DNA of 64,000 nucleotides from a virus: IMG/VR virus record IMGVR_UViG_3300033141_003544, positions 32,001-96,000 of that record; one strand, 5' to 3'. A program made the translations under genes and the position numbers. A model generated the notes under the pieces. That model made no database searches, was not told the origin of the DNA, and was given only the letters and a program-made list of their open reading frames with translations. Positions 35,734-44,981 of the stretch are shown in pieces (the stretch's first letter is position 1; the number at the start of each line of letters is the position of its first letter).

Positions 35734-38187
35734 TTACTCCTCAAATATTTTTGGTTGTTCTCTATATACTGGTTTCATTGTGAAAGTTTCACCAATAAAT
35801 TCAAACTCGGCTATCACTCCGAAACCTGCTCTCCCACTATTCTGTTTTGCAATATTAACTTCACAAATATCCTCTAATATAGTACTATCATAATAAGACT
35901 CCCTGTACAATAACATAACCAACCTTGCCACCTCTTCAAAAGCTCCGCTGTCTTTTAAATCAACCAAAGTGGGTCTTTTATTCCTTCTTGCTTCGGCTCT
36001 TCTTTGAATTTGTACTACAAGACAAATATGTATATTTAACTCTTCCGCAATTTGTGATAATATACCCAATTTAGTTCCAACTGTAGTGGGTTTATCCTTT
36101 ACAACATTAACATCAGCTAACTTATCAAACAGGTCTATAAATACAATATCTAAACCAAATCTTCTTTTGATATATCTTAATTTATATTTTAAATCAGTAG
36201 TGGTTAAAGTTCTTGATACTATATAATGGTGATTCCAATACTTGTTAATGTAAACATTTGCATCATGTATCTTTTTTATTCTCCCATCTGTATTTGACCA
36301 CTCTTTAGATCTAACTATTTCCTTGAAAGGGATATTTGTAAGGCAAGAATCTGTACGATCCTGTTCAGTCTCTAAACTGTGTTCTGTATTAACTTCACAA
36401 ACTTTATAACCTCTATTACATAAATTTACAGTTAAATTCTTTCGAAAAGTAGAATTATGTGTAACTATAAAATCATCTGTTACATATAAATCGTCTTCTA
36501 CAGTAATACATTTGCATTCTTGTTCACCTACTGACTTGATATTTTTTATATACCATGGTTGTGGATTTTTATGGTTGTATTTTAAAAATAAACTCTTTTT
36601 TCTTTTACAAAATACTGGGATTAAATCTTTTGACAGTTTAAAGTTTATCCTATAACTAACTCTACCCTTTTTCTTCACTCCTTTTGAAATATAAGTTGGG
36701 ATACGAGTTTTATGAATAACAACAGAACCTCCTAACGATTTCACTAGAAATACAATGTCATCTAATAACAATTTTGAAACTGTTTCAAAATTAATATAAC
36801 AGTCTGATCCTCTTAAATTTTTTTCAGTTTCTTTAGTACGTATACAGCCATCTATATCTATCAAACCCCTAAGTAATTCCAGTCTGTCCTCTATTGAGGA
36901 TAAAATATAATCCTCAGGAATAAATTTGTCCCAATTATGTCTCCCTCTTAAACCTAAATCTTGTAACAATTTGTCTACTTTCGCTTCTCTCCCTTTTTCT
37001 CCTTTTTTTGTCTTCCCACAAAAATTAAAATGTGAAGTATTATTTTTTCTTTTTTCTTCTTTTAATTCATCTTCAACTGGCAACAGTAAATGAACCCTCT
37101 TTCCAATATCTATATCTTTTGTAGTAAAACCTATAGTATTACCTGATAAACAACTATTACCTAATAAAACACCTAAAATATAAGGGTGAATGAGTAAATT
37201 CCGTTTTTCAAATTCTATAGGTTTAACCTGGTCAATAGAGTGACTAAATCTAGGATAAACATTATTGACTTTAAGGGTTTCTAATATCTCTTTTAATGGT
37301 TTAACGGTTGGAGTTTTACCAATTCCTTCATTGTATCTTTTTTGTTTCCAACTCTTTCTTTTTTTATGATTTCTGGTAAGCCATAAATGATCCAACGTAC
37401 ATCTTGTTTTTAGACCTGTGGATAAAGTTATTTCAAAAATCTCCTTTTTATTTTGAGGGTGAATTGCTAATACCTTCTTAATTTTTCCATCCCCACCAAT
37501 AATTTTATCTCCAACATTAATTTCTCCCATAGTGGTCCAACCGTTTGGTGTTAATATTTTGCTATATAACGGTTGCGCTTTGGCCATCCCAGGTCTACCA
37601 GCAATAACAGATATATATTTTTTAGGGAAACCTTCACTTAATAGTTCATCTAAGTTTCTAAAACCAGACATTATGGGTTCAATTTCATCTCTTCTTTTCA
37701 GGATCTTTACTCTTTCCTCAAAAGCATCAACACCAGTGGAGATAACCGAAATATCTGACCTTATCAAGTTTAACTTATTTAAAAGTTTATCATTTTTATG
37801 TAGGACTTCTTGGGGATCAACCCCATCAACTATCTCCTTTTCAAATTTACTAAAATGAGTTAATAGTTCTCTACTTGAATAGTATTTTATCAGAGTATCT
37901 ATAGATTCTTGATATTCTTTCTGGGTTTTGAACCTATTTTCAATACATTCCTCTATAAACTCTGAGCTTACCTTTGAATTTAGATTTTTACTTTTCAAAA
38001 AATCAAAAAGCAACAAATTATTAACAGTTCTATTATTATCCAGTAAAAATATAAGACTCTGATATAAAATTCTTGTTCTTTGGTCACTAAATACTTCCGG
38101 TTTTAAGTTCACTAGAACTGTTGGAACTGACTCTTCTTTTATCAGAGCTCCGATAACTGCTTTTTCAACCTCTATATTATCTAAAAT
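35734..38187 (-). CDS. dnaB: DnaB-like replicative helicase with intein; probable ATT start
   Basis: N-terminal EVEKAVIGAL upstream of the track start; AGRPGMAK^S, FIDLF, VQIQR, RP.L.DLKDSGAFEE.A, IAKQ..G. Confidence 0.93.
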   Translation of the reverse strand: MLDNIEVEKAVIGALIKEESVPTVLVNLKPEVFSDQRTRILYQSLIFLLDNNRTVNNLLLFDFLKSKNLNSKVSSEFIEECIENRFKTQKEYQESIDTLIKYYSSRELLTHFSKFEKEIVDGVDPQEVLHKNDKLLNKLNLIRSDISVISTGVDAFEERVKILKRRDEIEPIMSGFRNLDELLSEGFPKKYISVIAGRPGMAKAQPLYSKILTPNGWTTMGEINVGDKIIGGDGKIKKVLAIHPQNKKEIFEITLSTGLKTRCTLDHLWLTRNHKKRKSWKQKRYNEGIGKTPTVKPLKEILETLKVNNVYPRFSHSIDQVKPIEFEKRNLLIHPYILGVLLGNSCLSGNTIGFTTKDIDIGKRVHLLLPVEDELKEEKRKNNTSHFNFCGKTKKGEKGREAKVDKLLQDLGLRGRHNWDKFIPEDYILSSIEDRLELLRGLIDIDGCIRTKETEKNLRGSDCYINFETVSKLLLDDIVFLVKSLGGSVVIHKTRIPTYISKGVKKKGRVSYRINFKLSKDLIPVFCKRKKSLFLKYNHKNPQPWYIKNIKSVGEQECKCITVEDDLYVTDDFIVTHNSTFRKNLTVNLCNRGYKVCEVNTEHSLETEQDRTDSCLTNIPFKEIVRSKEWSNTDGRIKKIHDANVYINKYWNHHYIVSRTLTTTDLKYKLRYIKRRFGLDIVFIDLFDKLADVNVVKDKPTTVGTKLGILSQIAEELNIHICLVVQIQRRAEARRNKRPTLVDLKDSGAFEEVARLVMLLYRESYYDSTILEDICEVNIAKQNSGRAGFGVIAEFEFIGETFTMKPVYREQPKIFEE
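36454..37578 (-). mobile_element. 375-aa class-3-type intein with LAGLIDADG domain in the DnaB P-loop
   Basis: Ala1 (AQPL), DHLW, CKCITV, IVTHN^S; LLRGLIDIDG. Confidence 0.9.
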
Positions 38188-38189
38188 AA

Positions 38190-38750
38190 TTACACCTCAA
38201 TCTTTTTCATCTTACTAATAAATTTAGCTATTGCAGTTCCCACATTCTCCTCAATTTCTCTTAAATTATTATCGGTGGTAATTATTAAGTGCTGTCCGTT
38301 ATAACGATCTTGAACTAACAAACTATATATAAGCCTACATTGAGAAGGAGATAGAGACAAACTACCAAGATCATTAAAAAGCACTATATCTGACAATGAA
38401 CTAGTCCATTGAAGATTTTCTAATTCCTCATTTTGAGAAAAATTGTTTAATGTAAAAGGAAAAGATGGAACTTGAATAATACATACCCTCTTTGTAATTT
38501 TACCTTTCTTTATTATCTGGTTTATAATCCATACCCCTGTTTCAAAAGCAGAGAAATAAGAAGTCTTACTCTCTTGATGTCTTTCGAATATAAAGAGTGA
38601 TTTTTCTTTGTTATTTGGAAATTGCTCTATATAGTCTTTTAAATATTCTAACACACCATCCGATAAATTACCAGGTTTTTTATCATCAACATTTATTTTT
38701 TTGTAGGTATTAAAAGGTACACCCCAAAGCAAAGCCGAATTAAGTTTCAT
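38190..38750 (-). CDS. degenerate DnaC/IstB-like helicase loader
   Basis: Lies between initiator and dnaB; VLFNDLG, DRY...LIITTD, IG..I.. pattern; Walker A not intact. Confidence 0.55.
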   Translation of the reverse strand: MKLNSALLWGVPFNTYKKINVDDKKPGNLSDGVLEYLKDYIEQFPNNKEKSLFIFERHQESKTSYFSAFETGVWIINQIIKKGKITKRVCIIQVPSFPFTLNNFSQNEELENLQWTSSLSDIVLFNDLGSLSLSPSQCRLIYSLLVQDRYNGQHLIITTDNNLREIEENVGTAIAKFISKMKKIEV

Positions 38751-39751
38751 CTGATAATCTCTTCTTGACTTATGATATTTGAATTTCTGTTAACATTTTT
38801 CTGTATTTGATATTTTGTCCAATGTCTTTCCATCATTGTAAAACTGTCTATCTTGTCTCTCCAAAATTTATTAGTTGTAAAATAAATGTAACCTTTTTCT
38901 ACATCAGAGGAACCATAAGAAGATACTAATCTTAAAGCGGACTGATAGTTCACAAAATCCCATGTCCTTGGAATTTTAACTCCTTTTTCATATAAATTCA
39001 TCTTCAAGTTATCTTTTAATTTTACAGCACTCAAACCTCTATTTCTTTTTATGGCTCTTTTAAGATGAAGTATTAAAGCTTTTCCTTTTGTTTCTTTATC
39101 AGTAGAACGTAATAAAGAACCTATAGAGAAATTATCTGTGTTTTCCTCGTGCGCGCGTGGTACGTATCCTTTAAGGGTATTAATCAAGATTTCTTGTTTT
39201 TTACTATTTTGTTTTTTATTATTTTGTTTTTTACTATTTTGTTTTTTATTATTTTGTTTTTTATTATTGACACTTAGTGTTTTCTCATTTTGCGGTTTTT
39301 TGTCTGTGTTTTCTTCTGTGTTTTTGATTGTATCTTTATACTGTGTTTCTGTGTTTTCTTCTGTGTTAATGGAGTTTTGTTGTTTGGTGTTGTTAGTGTT
39401 TTCTTCTGTGTTTTCGTTTTTTGTTTTTAATGTTTTCCACTCTGTGTTTTTGTCCATTATAAAATCAAAAGCGGTTTCGACGTCTTTTTGAAAAATATTA
39501 ATGTCTGTATAAGCTGAAAATAGGTCTTCAAGTGTCTCTTTTGGGTTGGGTGTTTTATTGTTTGCCATTTTCTCTAAAAGGTAAATTATAATGACTTTAT
39601 GAAGGATGTTGTAATCTTTAGAACATAATATTTTAAGATAATTAGAAGGTGATGTTTCTGAATTGTACTCAGGTTTCATAACTTTATCCTTTAATTTTTG
39701 TAAGTGACCGATTATAGCTTGGAAGGAGGTGAGTTTTGTATAATCGGTCAC
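38747..39751 (-). CDS. putative replication initiator with internal iterons
   Basis: Low-complexity middle encoded by DNA repeats; C-terminal FWRDKIDS..M..HW.K; upstream of loader and dnaB. Confidence 0.6.
   Translation of the reverse strand: MTDYTKLTSFQAIIGHLQKLKDKVMKPEYNSETSPSNYLKILCSKDYNILHKVIIIYLLEKMANNKTPNPKETLEDLFSAYTDINIFQKDVETAFDFIMDKNTEWKTLKTKNENTEENTNNTKQQNSINTEENTETQYKDTIKNTEENTDKKPQNEKTLSVNNKKQNNKKQNSKKQNNKKQNSKKQEILINTLKGYVPRAHEENTDNFSIGSLLRSTDKETKGKALILHLKRAIKRNRGLSAVKLKDNLKMNLYEKGVKIPRTWDFVNYQSALRLVSSYGSSDVEKGYIYFTTNKFWRDKIDSFTMMERHWTKYQIQKNVNRNSNIISQEEIIR
39135..39450. repeat. iteron array / candidate replication origin
   Basis: 5 x 15-bp TTGTTTTTTAYTATT (39194-39268), repeated TCTGTGTT including 3 x GTGTTTTCTTCTGTGTT, GC-rich GTGCGCGCGTG near 39150. 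Confidence 0.75.
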
Positions 39752-39948
39752 TTAGTCATTTTTGTTAATACAATAAAGTTGTTTTTTTGAAAATTATAAA
39801 ATAACATTAGATCTATTCATCTTCAGAATTTATATCTATAAATCTTTCAACTATAATTACTACAATTGAATATATAATAATTATTAAAGATGGGTCTATT
39901 TCAACTAAACTTTCCACAATTATACCTCAAAATTTTTATTTTATTGTT

Positions 39949-39977
39949 AATATAATACCGAAAGTTACCCATATCAA
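39949..39977 (-). promoter_or_regulatory. promoter TTGATA-17-TATATT
   Basis: Family match. Confidence 0.6.
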
Positions 39978-40140
39978 CTTTTTGGTATCATAAAGTTATT
40001 AACTGTATCCATAAACCTTGTGTTCAATCGAAGGTGTATCTCATTTTTAGGTCAATTTAAGGTATACATGGAAAGTTTTCGGTTTTTAATTCAACCCACT
40101 TAAAAGTTAACTTTTTTGTAAGTGATTATTTATTGTAAAT

Positions 40141-40215
40141 AATATACAAACTTTTTTGATTATTGTCAACAGTTTTTAAAAAGAAAGTTGATAGTTTTAA
40201 ATTTGGAGATATATT
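40141..40215. promoter_or_regulatory. back-to-back divergent promoters (minus TTGACA-17-TATATT; plus TTGATA-16-TATATT)
   Basis: Located at the strand switch between the replication arm and the early arm. Confidence 0.75.
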
Positions 40216-40269
40216 AAATACAATTATATACAATTTATTTTAACATTTTAGTAAACTTAGGAGGAATAG

Positions 40270-40602
40270 ATGAGAATAACTGAATATCTAGATAAAGTTA
40301 AGGAGTCAGGTTATGTTTTTGGCTATAGTGATTCTGAACTTTTGAGGAAGTTAGGGGGAAGTATGGAACCGATAGATGTGGAGAACTTTCTTGAAGATTG
40401 GAAGTATACTTTAACAAAAAATGAAAGGAATATTTTTGAGAAGTTCTTTGGTGATACATATCCTGAGCACCGTACTAAAGTTATAGAGATTTTAAATCAA
40501 AAACAGCTTAGGTGTATATTTGAGTGGTTTGTAAATGAGTATAGGGATATAAAAGATATTATAAAGATATTTGAAGATCATTTGGAGAAATATTATGGTT
40601 GA
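40270..40602 (+). CDS. hypothetical protein
   Basis: SD AGGAGG. Confidence 0.65.
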   Translation: MRITEYLDKVKESGYVFGYSDSELLRKLGGSMEPIDVENFLEDWKYTLTKNERNIFEKFFGDTYPEHRTKVIEILNQKQLRCIFEWFVNEYRDIKDIIKIFEDHLEKYYG

Positions 40603-40891
40603 TATAAAAATAAATCTCGAAGAAGTTGAAGAAATAATCAAACTCGCTGATGAAGAAGGCATGAACCCTTACGAGATTGCAAAAGAGTTAGGTTTGTTAA
40701 ACGAACAGTCAAAAACTTTGCCTATGGCAAAAATTGTTTTAAAGAAAATAAGACAAACAGCAAGAAGAGTGGTTGAGTCTAATAATTGGACAATCAAAAA
40801 AGAGGGTAAAAAAGTAACTTATATAGCAATAAAATCTGATGAAAAATCAAGAGCAAATAAGTCAGCGGAACAAGTATTAATGGAAGAATAA
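40571..40891 (+). CDS. HTH-like protein, paralogue of 45852-46166
   Basis: PYEIAKELGLL...KIRQTARRV. Confidence 0.6.
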   Translation: MKIIWRNIMVDIKINLEEVEEIIKLADEEGMNPYEIAKELGLLNEQSKTLPMAKIVLKKIRQTARRVVESNNWTIKKEGKKVTYIAIKSDEKSRANKSAEQVLMEE

Positions 40892-40989
40892 TAAAAAAGT
40901 TTTGATGATATCTGGTAAGACTGAAACAGAACCAGTTATTTAATGAAATTAAGATTACCTTGATGTATAAAAATTAACTAAAAAGTAAG

Positions 40990-41017
40990 TTGTAAGTGTG
41001 AAATTGGTTTGTATATT
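40990..41017 (+). promoter_or_regulatory. promoter TTGTAA-16-TATATT
   Basis: Family match. Confidence 0.65.
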
Positions 41018-41070
41018 GTATTTGTCAATTAATTATTGTAAAAATCAAAACACACTTTTTGAGGTTTAAA

Positions 41071-41595
41071 ATGAGTTACAAAGGAAGTTTCAAAAGAGAA
41101 GATGTGACACCTATTGTTAATGAAGTTATTGAAGTTTTAAAACCAATGGTTTCAAAAATTGAAATTTGTGGTTCTTATAGAAGGGGCTGTAAAACAATTG
41201 GTGATTTAGATTTTATTTTTACGTCAAATAATGTTTCAAAGGATATTGTTTTAACTAAATTTTATTCTTTAGGGGATACTCAAGATATTAGTCCTGGTAA
41301 AAAGTTTACAATATTATATAATAATGATAAAGTAAAAAAATTGCTTGTGGAATTAGTTCACTTTGAAGAGTACAATATTGGGGCAGCTATGATGCATTTT
41401 ACAGGTCCTTATGAATTGAATATAATTCAAAGAGCCAAAGCAAAAAAGAAAGGGTGGTTGTTAAACCAGTATGGTTTATTTGATAAAAACAAAAATATGA
41501 TTGCTGGAAAGACTGAGAATGAAATATATACTGCATTGGATTTACCATACATAACTCCAGAAGAAAGACAAGAATATGTGGGGAAATTAAAATAA
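41071..41595 (+). CDS. polX: minimal family X DNA polymerase
   Basis: CGSYRRG..TIGDLD, HFTG, NQYGLF, E.EIY..LDLPYI.PEER; lacks lyase and PHP domains. Confidence 0.9.
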   Translation: MSYKGSFKREDVTPIVNEVIEVLKPMVSKIEICGSYRRGCKTIGDLDFIFTSNNVSKDIVLTKFYSLGDTQDISPGKKFTILYNNDKVKKLLVELVHFEEYNIGAAMMHFTGPYELNIIQRAKAKKKGWLLNQYGLFDKNKNMIAGKTENEIYTALDLPYITPEERQEYVGKLK

Positions 41596-41599
41596 AAAT

Positions 41600-41693
41600 G
41601 GCACGGTGGCTGAGAGACAAGGCACATGAAATGGAAAAGTGGTATAGTCATGAAGCAGGCTATTGCGGGGTTTAACTCCTGCCCGTGCCACTA
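41600..41693 (+). ncRNA. tRNA-like element with abnormal 18-nt anticodon loop
   Basis: Acceptor GGCACGG/CCGTGCC-A, D-arm-like segment, CATGA/TCATG stem, T-arm GCGGG-gTTTAACT-CCTGC; no canonical anticodon. Confidence 0.6.
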
Positions 41694-41711
41694 AGTTTAA
41701 TGGGGGTTCTT

Positions 41712-42074
41712 ATGTCACGAGAAACACAATACATTGGACTAAATAAATACGCACATGATTTTGTCAAGAATGCAATAAAAACAGAAAAATATATAATGAC
41801 TCAAGGTATGTTTGGCGAGAACATTGAGGGAACTATTTATTATATGCCAGTACCCTATCCAGAATTTGATGTTAATGAAGAATATTATTATAAAGAAATT
41901 GTACAATGCGAACCATGGTCGTCAGGTCCAATGATATTTACTTGTTTACAGTGTACTTTAGTAAAAAAGACGCAGGTTCTTACAGATGAGAAAGGGGAGG
42001 AGTCTTTTCGTTGGATGATAGATCCCTCTATCGAAGAGGAATATGACTATGAAACAGGTAGATTAAATTTATAG
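41712..42074 (+). CDS. conserved phage hypothetical protein
   Basis: MSRETQYIGL, EIVQ..PWSSGPMIFT. Confidence 0.65.
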   Translation: MSRETQYIGLNKYAHDFVKNAIKTEKYIMTQGMFGENIEGTIYYMPVPYPEFDVNEEYYYKEIVQCEPWSSGPMIFTCLQCTLVKKTQVLTDEKGEESFRWMIDPSIEEEYDYETGRLNL

Positions 42075-42089
42075 AAAGGAGGTAAAACC

Positions 42090-42587
42090 ATGAGTACAAG
42101 ATGTCAAGTAGGTTTTTATCAGGAAGGTGAAAAAGATTTAAATAAGTTTGAGGTTTTATTATATCACCATTGGGACGGTTATCCTTCATATATGATACCA
42201 GAGATGGCAAAAGTTTTAATTCCCTTTCATAAAAATCGCGGGTTGGAGGATTTTGAATATGCTGCTGCAACTCTTATTAAGTGGTGGGGTTTAAGTCAAA
42301 TGTTAGATAGTCAAAAATGGAAAGACGATAATGATGCAATTACTCTTACAAAAGAAAATGTTTTTGACTTGCTTGAATTTACTGGTTTTGGTGTTTGTAA
42401 GGAGTTTCATTGGGATATAGCATATTTTTATGCTATATACACTGATGGGGTAATTGAAACTTATGTATGTCCTTATTCTGGTATCAAAACTGATGATTTG
42501 AAAAAGATTGGAACTTTAAATATTGGTGATTTGGAATTTGGTGATCCAAAAGAAATTGGAAGAGTGATAGAAAATGAATCATATTAA
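42090..42587 (+). CDS. conserved phage hypothetical protein (STR..G..Y.H.DGYP family)
   Basis: Motif plus SD AAGGAGGT. Confidence 0.7.
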   Translation: MSTRCQVGFYQEGEKDLNKFEVLLYHHWDGYPSYMIPEMAKVLIPFHKNRGLEDFEYAAATLIKWWGLSQMLDSQKWKDDNDAITLTKENVFDLLEFTGFGVCKEFHWDIAYFYAIYTDGVIETYVCPYSGIKTDDLKKIGTLNIGDLEFGDPKEIGRVIENESY

Positions 42588-44430
42588 GGATTTAGAATTA
42601 AAAATAAGGCGACATAATGATTTGTATTACAATTATGTTCCAGAAATAACTGATGAAGAGTATGATCAGTTGGTTGCCGAAATGAAATTATTGGATCCTA
42701 ATAATCCAGTTTTGGATGAAGTGGGTGCTCCAGTTCTTGGTTCTATTACTATGCGTCATAAATACAAAATGTATAGTCTAGACAAGGTTATGGATCTTGA
42801 TGAGTTTTTGAACGGTTTTGCAAAAAAGTTTAGTGGTGAGGCTTTTTTGTGTTCTCAAAAATTAGACGGTTGTGCAGTTGAAATATTTTACAATAATGGG
42901 AGATTACAATATGCATTAACTAGAGGTGATGGAGAGGTTGGTCAGGTGGTAACTGAACAGGTTAAAGTTATAGAAAATGTTCCTGAAAAGATACCCTTGA
43001 TTAAACCTCTACATGTATATGGTGAGTGTGTTATTTCAAACAAAGATTTTGAGGAGATTGGAGAAGGTTATACAAATTCAAGAAATTTAGTTAATGGAAC
43101 AATAAGACCTGATGGTGATTTAGAATTGGTTAAAGAAAGAAATGTCCGTTTTTTTGCTTATAATGTAATAAAGCAAAATAACAATATAGGTTCACTCAAT
43201 ACTGATCTTTTTTATATAGGTAAAGATCAAGGTTTTGAGACTGTTCCAAAGGATTGGGGTGAAGTTGAAAAAGTAATAAAAATGTATAATGAATGTTTAA
43301 AGAACAGAGATAGGTTAGATTTTCAAATTGATGGTATTTGTGTTTTTGTTGACAACAAATCTGATTGGGATAGTATAGGTTATACTTCTCACCATCCAAA
43401 GTTTGCGGTAGCTATTAAATTTCCAAGTGAGTCAAAGATTGTGGAAGTAATAAGAGTTCGTTGGGATATAAGTAGAACTGGTACATTGACACCGGTAGCT
43501 GAGTTCGAACCTATTTTGTTAGGCGGAGCTATAGTTCAAAATGTTACTTTGCATAACTGGGATACAGGTAAGAACATATCAAAAGGTACTAAAATTAGAG
43601 TAAAAAGGAGTGGTGATGTAATTCCTTGTTTTATGGGAGTTGTAGAATATCCCAATGTGGGGAATACAAATTGTGCTCCAATAATTTGTCCATATTGTGG
43701 GGAAAAAACTGTTAATGACGGAGTTAGATTGAAATGTTCCAATGAAGGTTGTCCTCAACGTTTAGTAATGTTAACTGAAGATATCTTGGATAGGCTGAAT
43801 CATAAAGGGTTAGCAACAAAACAAATAGAAGAACTTTATTATAATACTCCATCAGGGTTTAAAAGCCCATGGTTATTGTGGAAAATACCTGAACAGGATT
43901 TTAATGTATTAGGATATAATCAAGGTCCAAAAGTTTATAAATCTTTACATGAAATAAAAAAAGGCATCCCGTTATGGAGAATGATATATGCTCTTTGTAT
44001 ACCTATGGTGGGTAAAAAAGCTTCAAAAGAGTTAGCTAACTATTATAAGACTTTCGATAAGTTTTGGATTGATAAAGGTCAAAAAAGGTACCGTGAATAT
44101 AGAATAGGTGAGGAACTAGAGAGATATATTGAGGAAAATCCTGGATTGAAATTTTATTTAGAAACATTAAGTTTTGAAATAAAAGAAATAAAGGAGGAAA
44201 CAACAATGCATAACTATAGTTTTTGTGTTACTGGGACTTTATCAATAAAACGAAAAGAGTTTGAGGAATTAGTTGAATCTAAGGGTTATATTTTTAGTAG
44301 TTCAGTTACAAAAGATCTTGACTATTTAGTTGTTGGGGAAAACCCTGGAGAGAATAAATTAGCCAAAGCACATAGGTATCAAATAGCAACAATAAGTGAA
44401 AAAAGATTTAATGAGATAATGGAGGTATGA
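42574..44430 (+). CDS. ligA: NAD-dependent DNA ligase
   Basis: KLDG, TRGDG..G, IDG, A.KFP, RSGDVIP, CPYC...C, C-terminal BRCT. Confidence 0.95.
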   Translation: MNHIKDLELKIRRHNDLYYNYVPEITDEEYDQLVAEMKLLDPNNPVLDEVGAPVLGSITMRHKYKMYSLDKVMDLDEFLNGFAKKFSGEAFLCSQKLDGCAVEIFYNNGRLQYALTRGDGEVGQVVTEQVKVIENVPEKIPLIKPLHVYGECVISNKDFEEIGEGYTNSRNLVNGTIRPDGDLELVKERNVRFFAYNVIKQNNNIGSLNTDLFYIGKDQGFETVPKDWGEVEKVIKMYNECLKNRDRLDFQIDGICVFVDNKSDWDSIGYTSHHPKFAVAIKFPSESKIVEVIRVRWDISRTGTLTPVAEFEPILLGGAIVQNVTLHNWDTGKNISKGTKIRVKRSGDVIPCFMGVVEYPNVGNTNCAPIICPYCGEKTVNDGVRLKCSNEGCPQRLVMLTEDILDRLNHKGLATKQIEELYYNTPSGFKSPWLLWKIPEQDFNVLGYNQGPKVYKSLHEIKKGIPLWRMIYALCIPMVGKKASKELANYYKTFDKFWIDKGQKRYREYRIGEELERYIEENPGLKFYLETLSFEIKEIKEETTMHNYSFCVTGTLSIKRKEFEELVESKGYIFSSSVTKDLDYLVVGENPGENKLAKAHRYQIATISEKRFNEIMEV

Positions 44431-44431
44431 A

Positions 44432-44656
44432 ATGACTAAAAAAGAAGCATTGAAATGGCAAAAAAAGCTTTTAAAAGAGCCACCAGTACATATTGGAAAA
44501 GTTGAATTTGTCAAAGATGGTGATCTTTGGGGATTATCAATTGACGGGGATGGATCGCCCCAATATCCTTTCGGATATCCCAAAATAATATGGGATGTAG
44601 AATCCGCAGAATCGTTTTTGGAAAGCAATTTTGATTTACGAAAAAGTGAGGTGTGA
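44432..44656 (+). CDS. hypothetical protein
   Basis: SD GGAGG. Confidence 0.55.
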   Translation: MTKKEALKWQKKLLKEPPVHIGKVEFVKDGDLWGLSIDGDGSPQYPFGYPKIIWDVESAESFLESNFDLRKSEV

Positions 44657-44657
44657 A

Positions 44658-44928
44658 ATGAAAAAAGAAACAACTATATGCAACCGAAGTTGCATATAGT
44701 TATTTTTTAAGCAAAGTACGTGATTGGCGAGAGGCGAAAGCACAAACAATTATTTATGATCATGATAATAATTATTATATGTTTTCATGTAATATGGATA
44801 AGGAAACAGCCGCCGAAGTAATGGGGTTAATCGCCCATTATGATAAACAAGAGTTGCTTAAAAAAATTGAGGGTGAATTTGTAATAGACTCGACAAGCCC
44901 TGGTTATGCAATTACAAGAGAAAGTTAA
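44658..44928 (+). pseudogene. frameshifted ~89-codon gene (extra A in A6 run after ATG)
   Basis: SD GAGGTG and ATG frame stops at codon 14; +1 frame is open 44662-44928. Confidence 0.45.
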
Positions 44929-44981
44929 TTGCTTACCTAAGTTATACTCACAAAATTTTTTGTAAAGGGAAGGTTTATAAA

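Noticed and set aside
1493-39491. Plus-strand ORFs in the replication arm (e.g. 1493-2077, 19751-20065, 28762-29145, 39138-39491) and minus-strand ORFs in 41-59 kb
   Set aside because: Antisense shadows of well-supported genes or repeats; no SD, and skewed F/L/S/I composition.
2971-41693. Archaeal virus, given Hjc and a possible intron-containing tRNA
   Set aside because: Sigma factor, -35/-10 promoters, RecA, DnaB and NAD ligase are bacterial-type; no bulge-helix-bulge in the tRNA-like loop.
41600-41693. Functional tRNA-Pro(TGG)
   Set aside because: The loop is 18 nt with no U33 and the 3' end is not CCA; reported only as tRNA-like.
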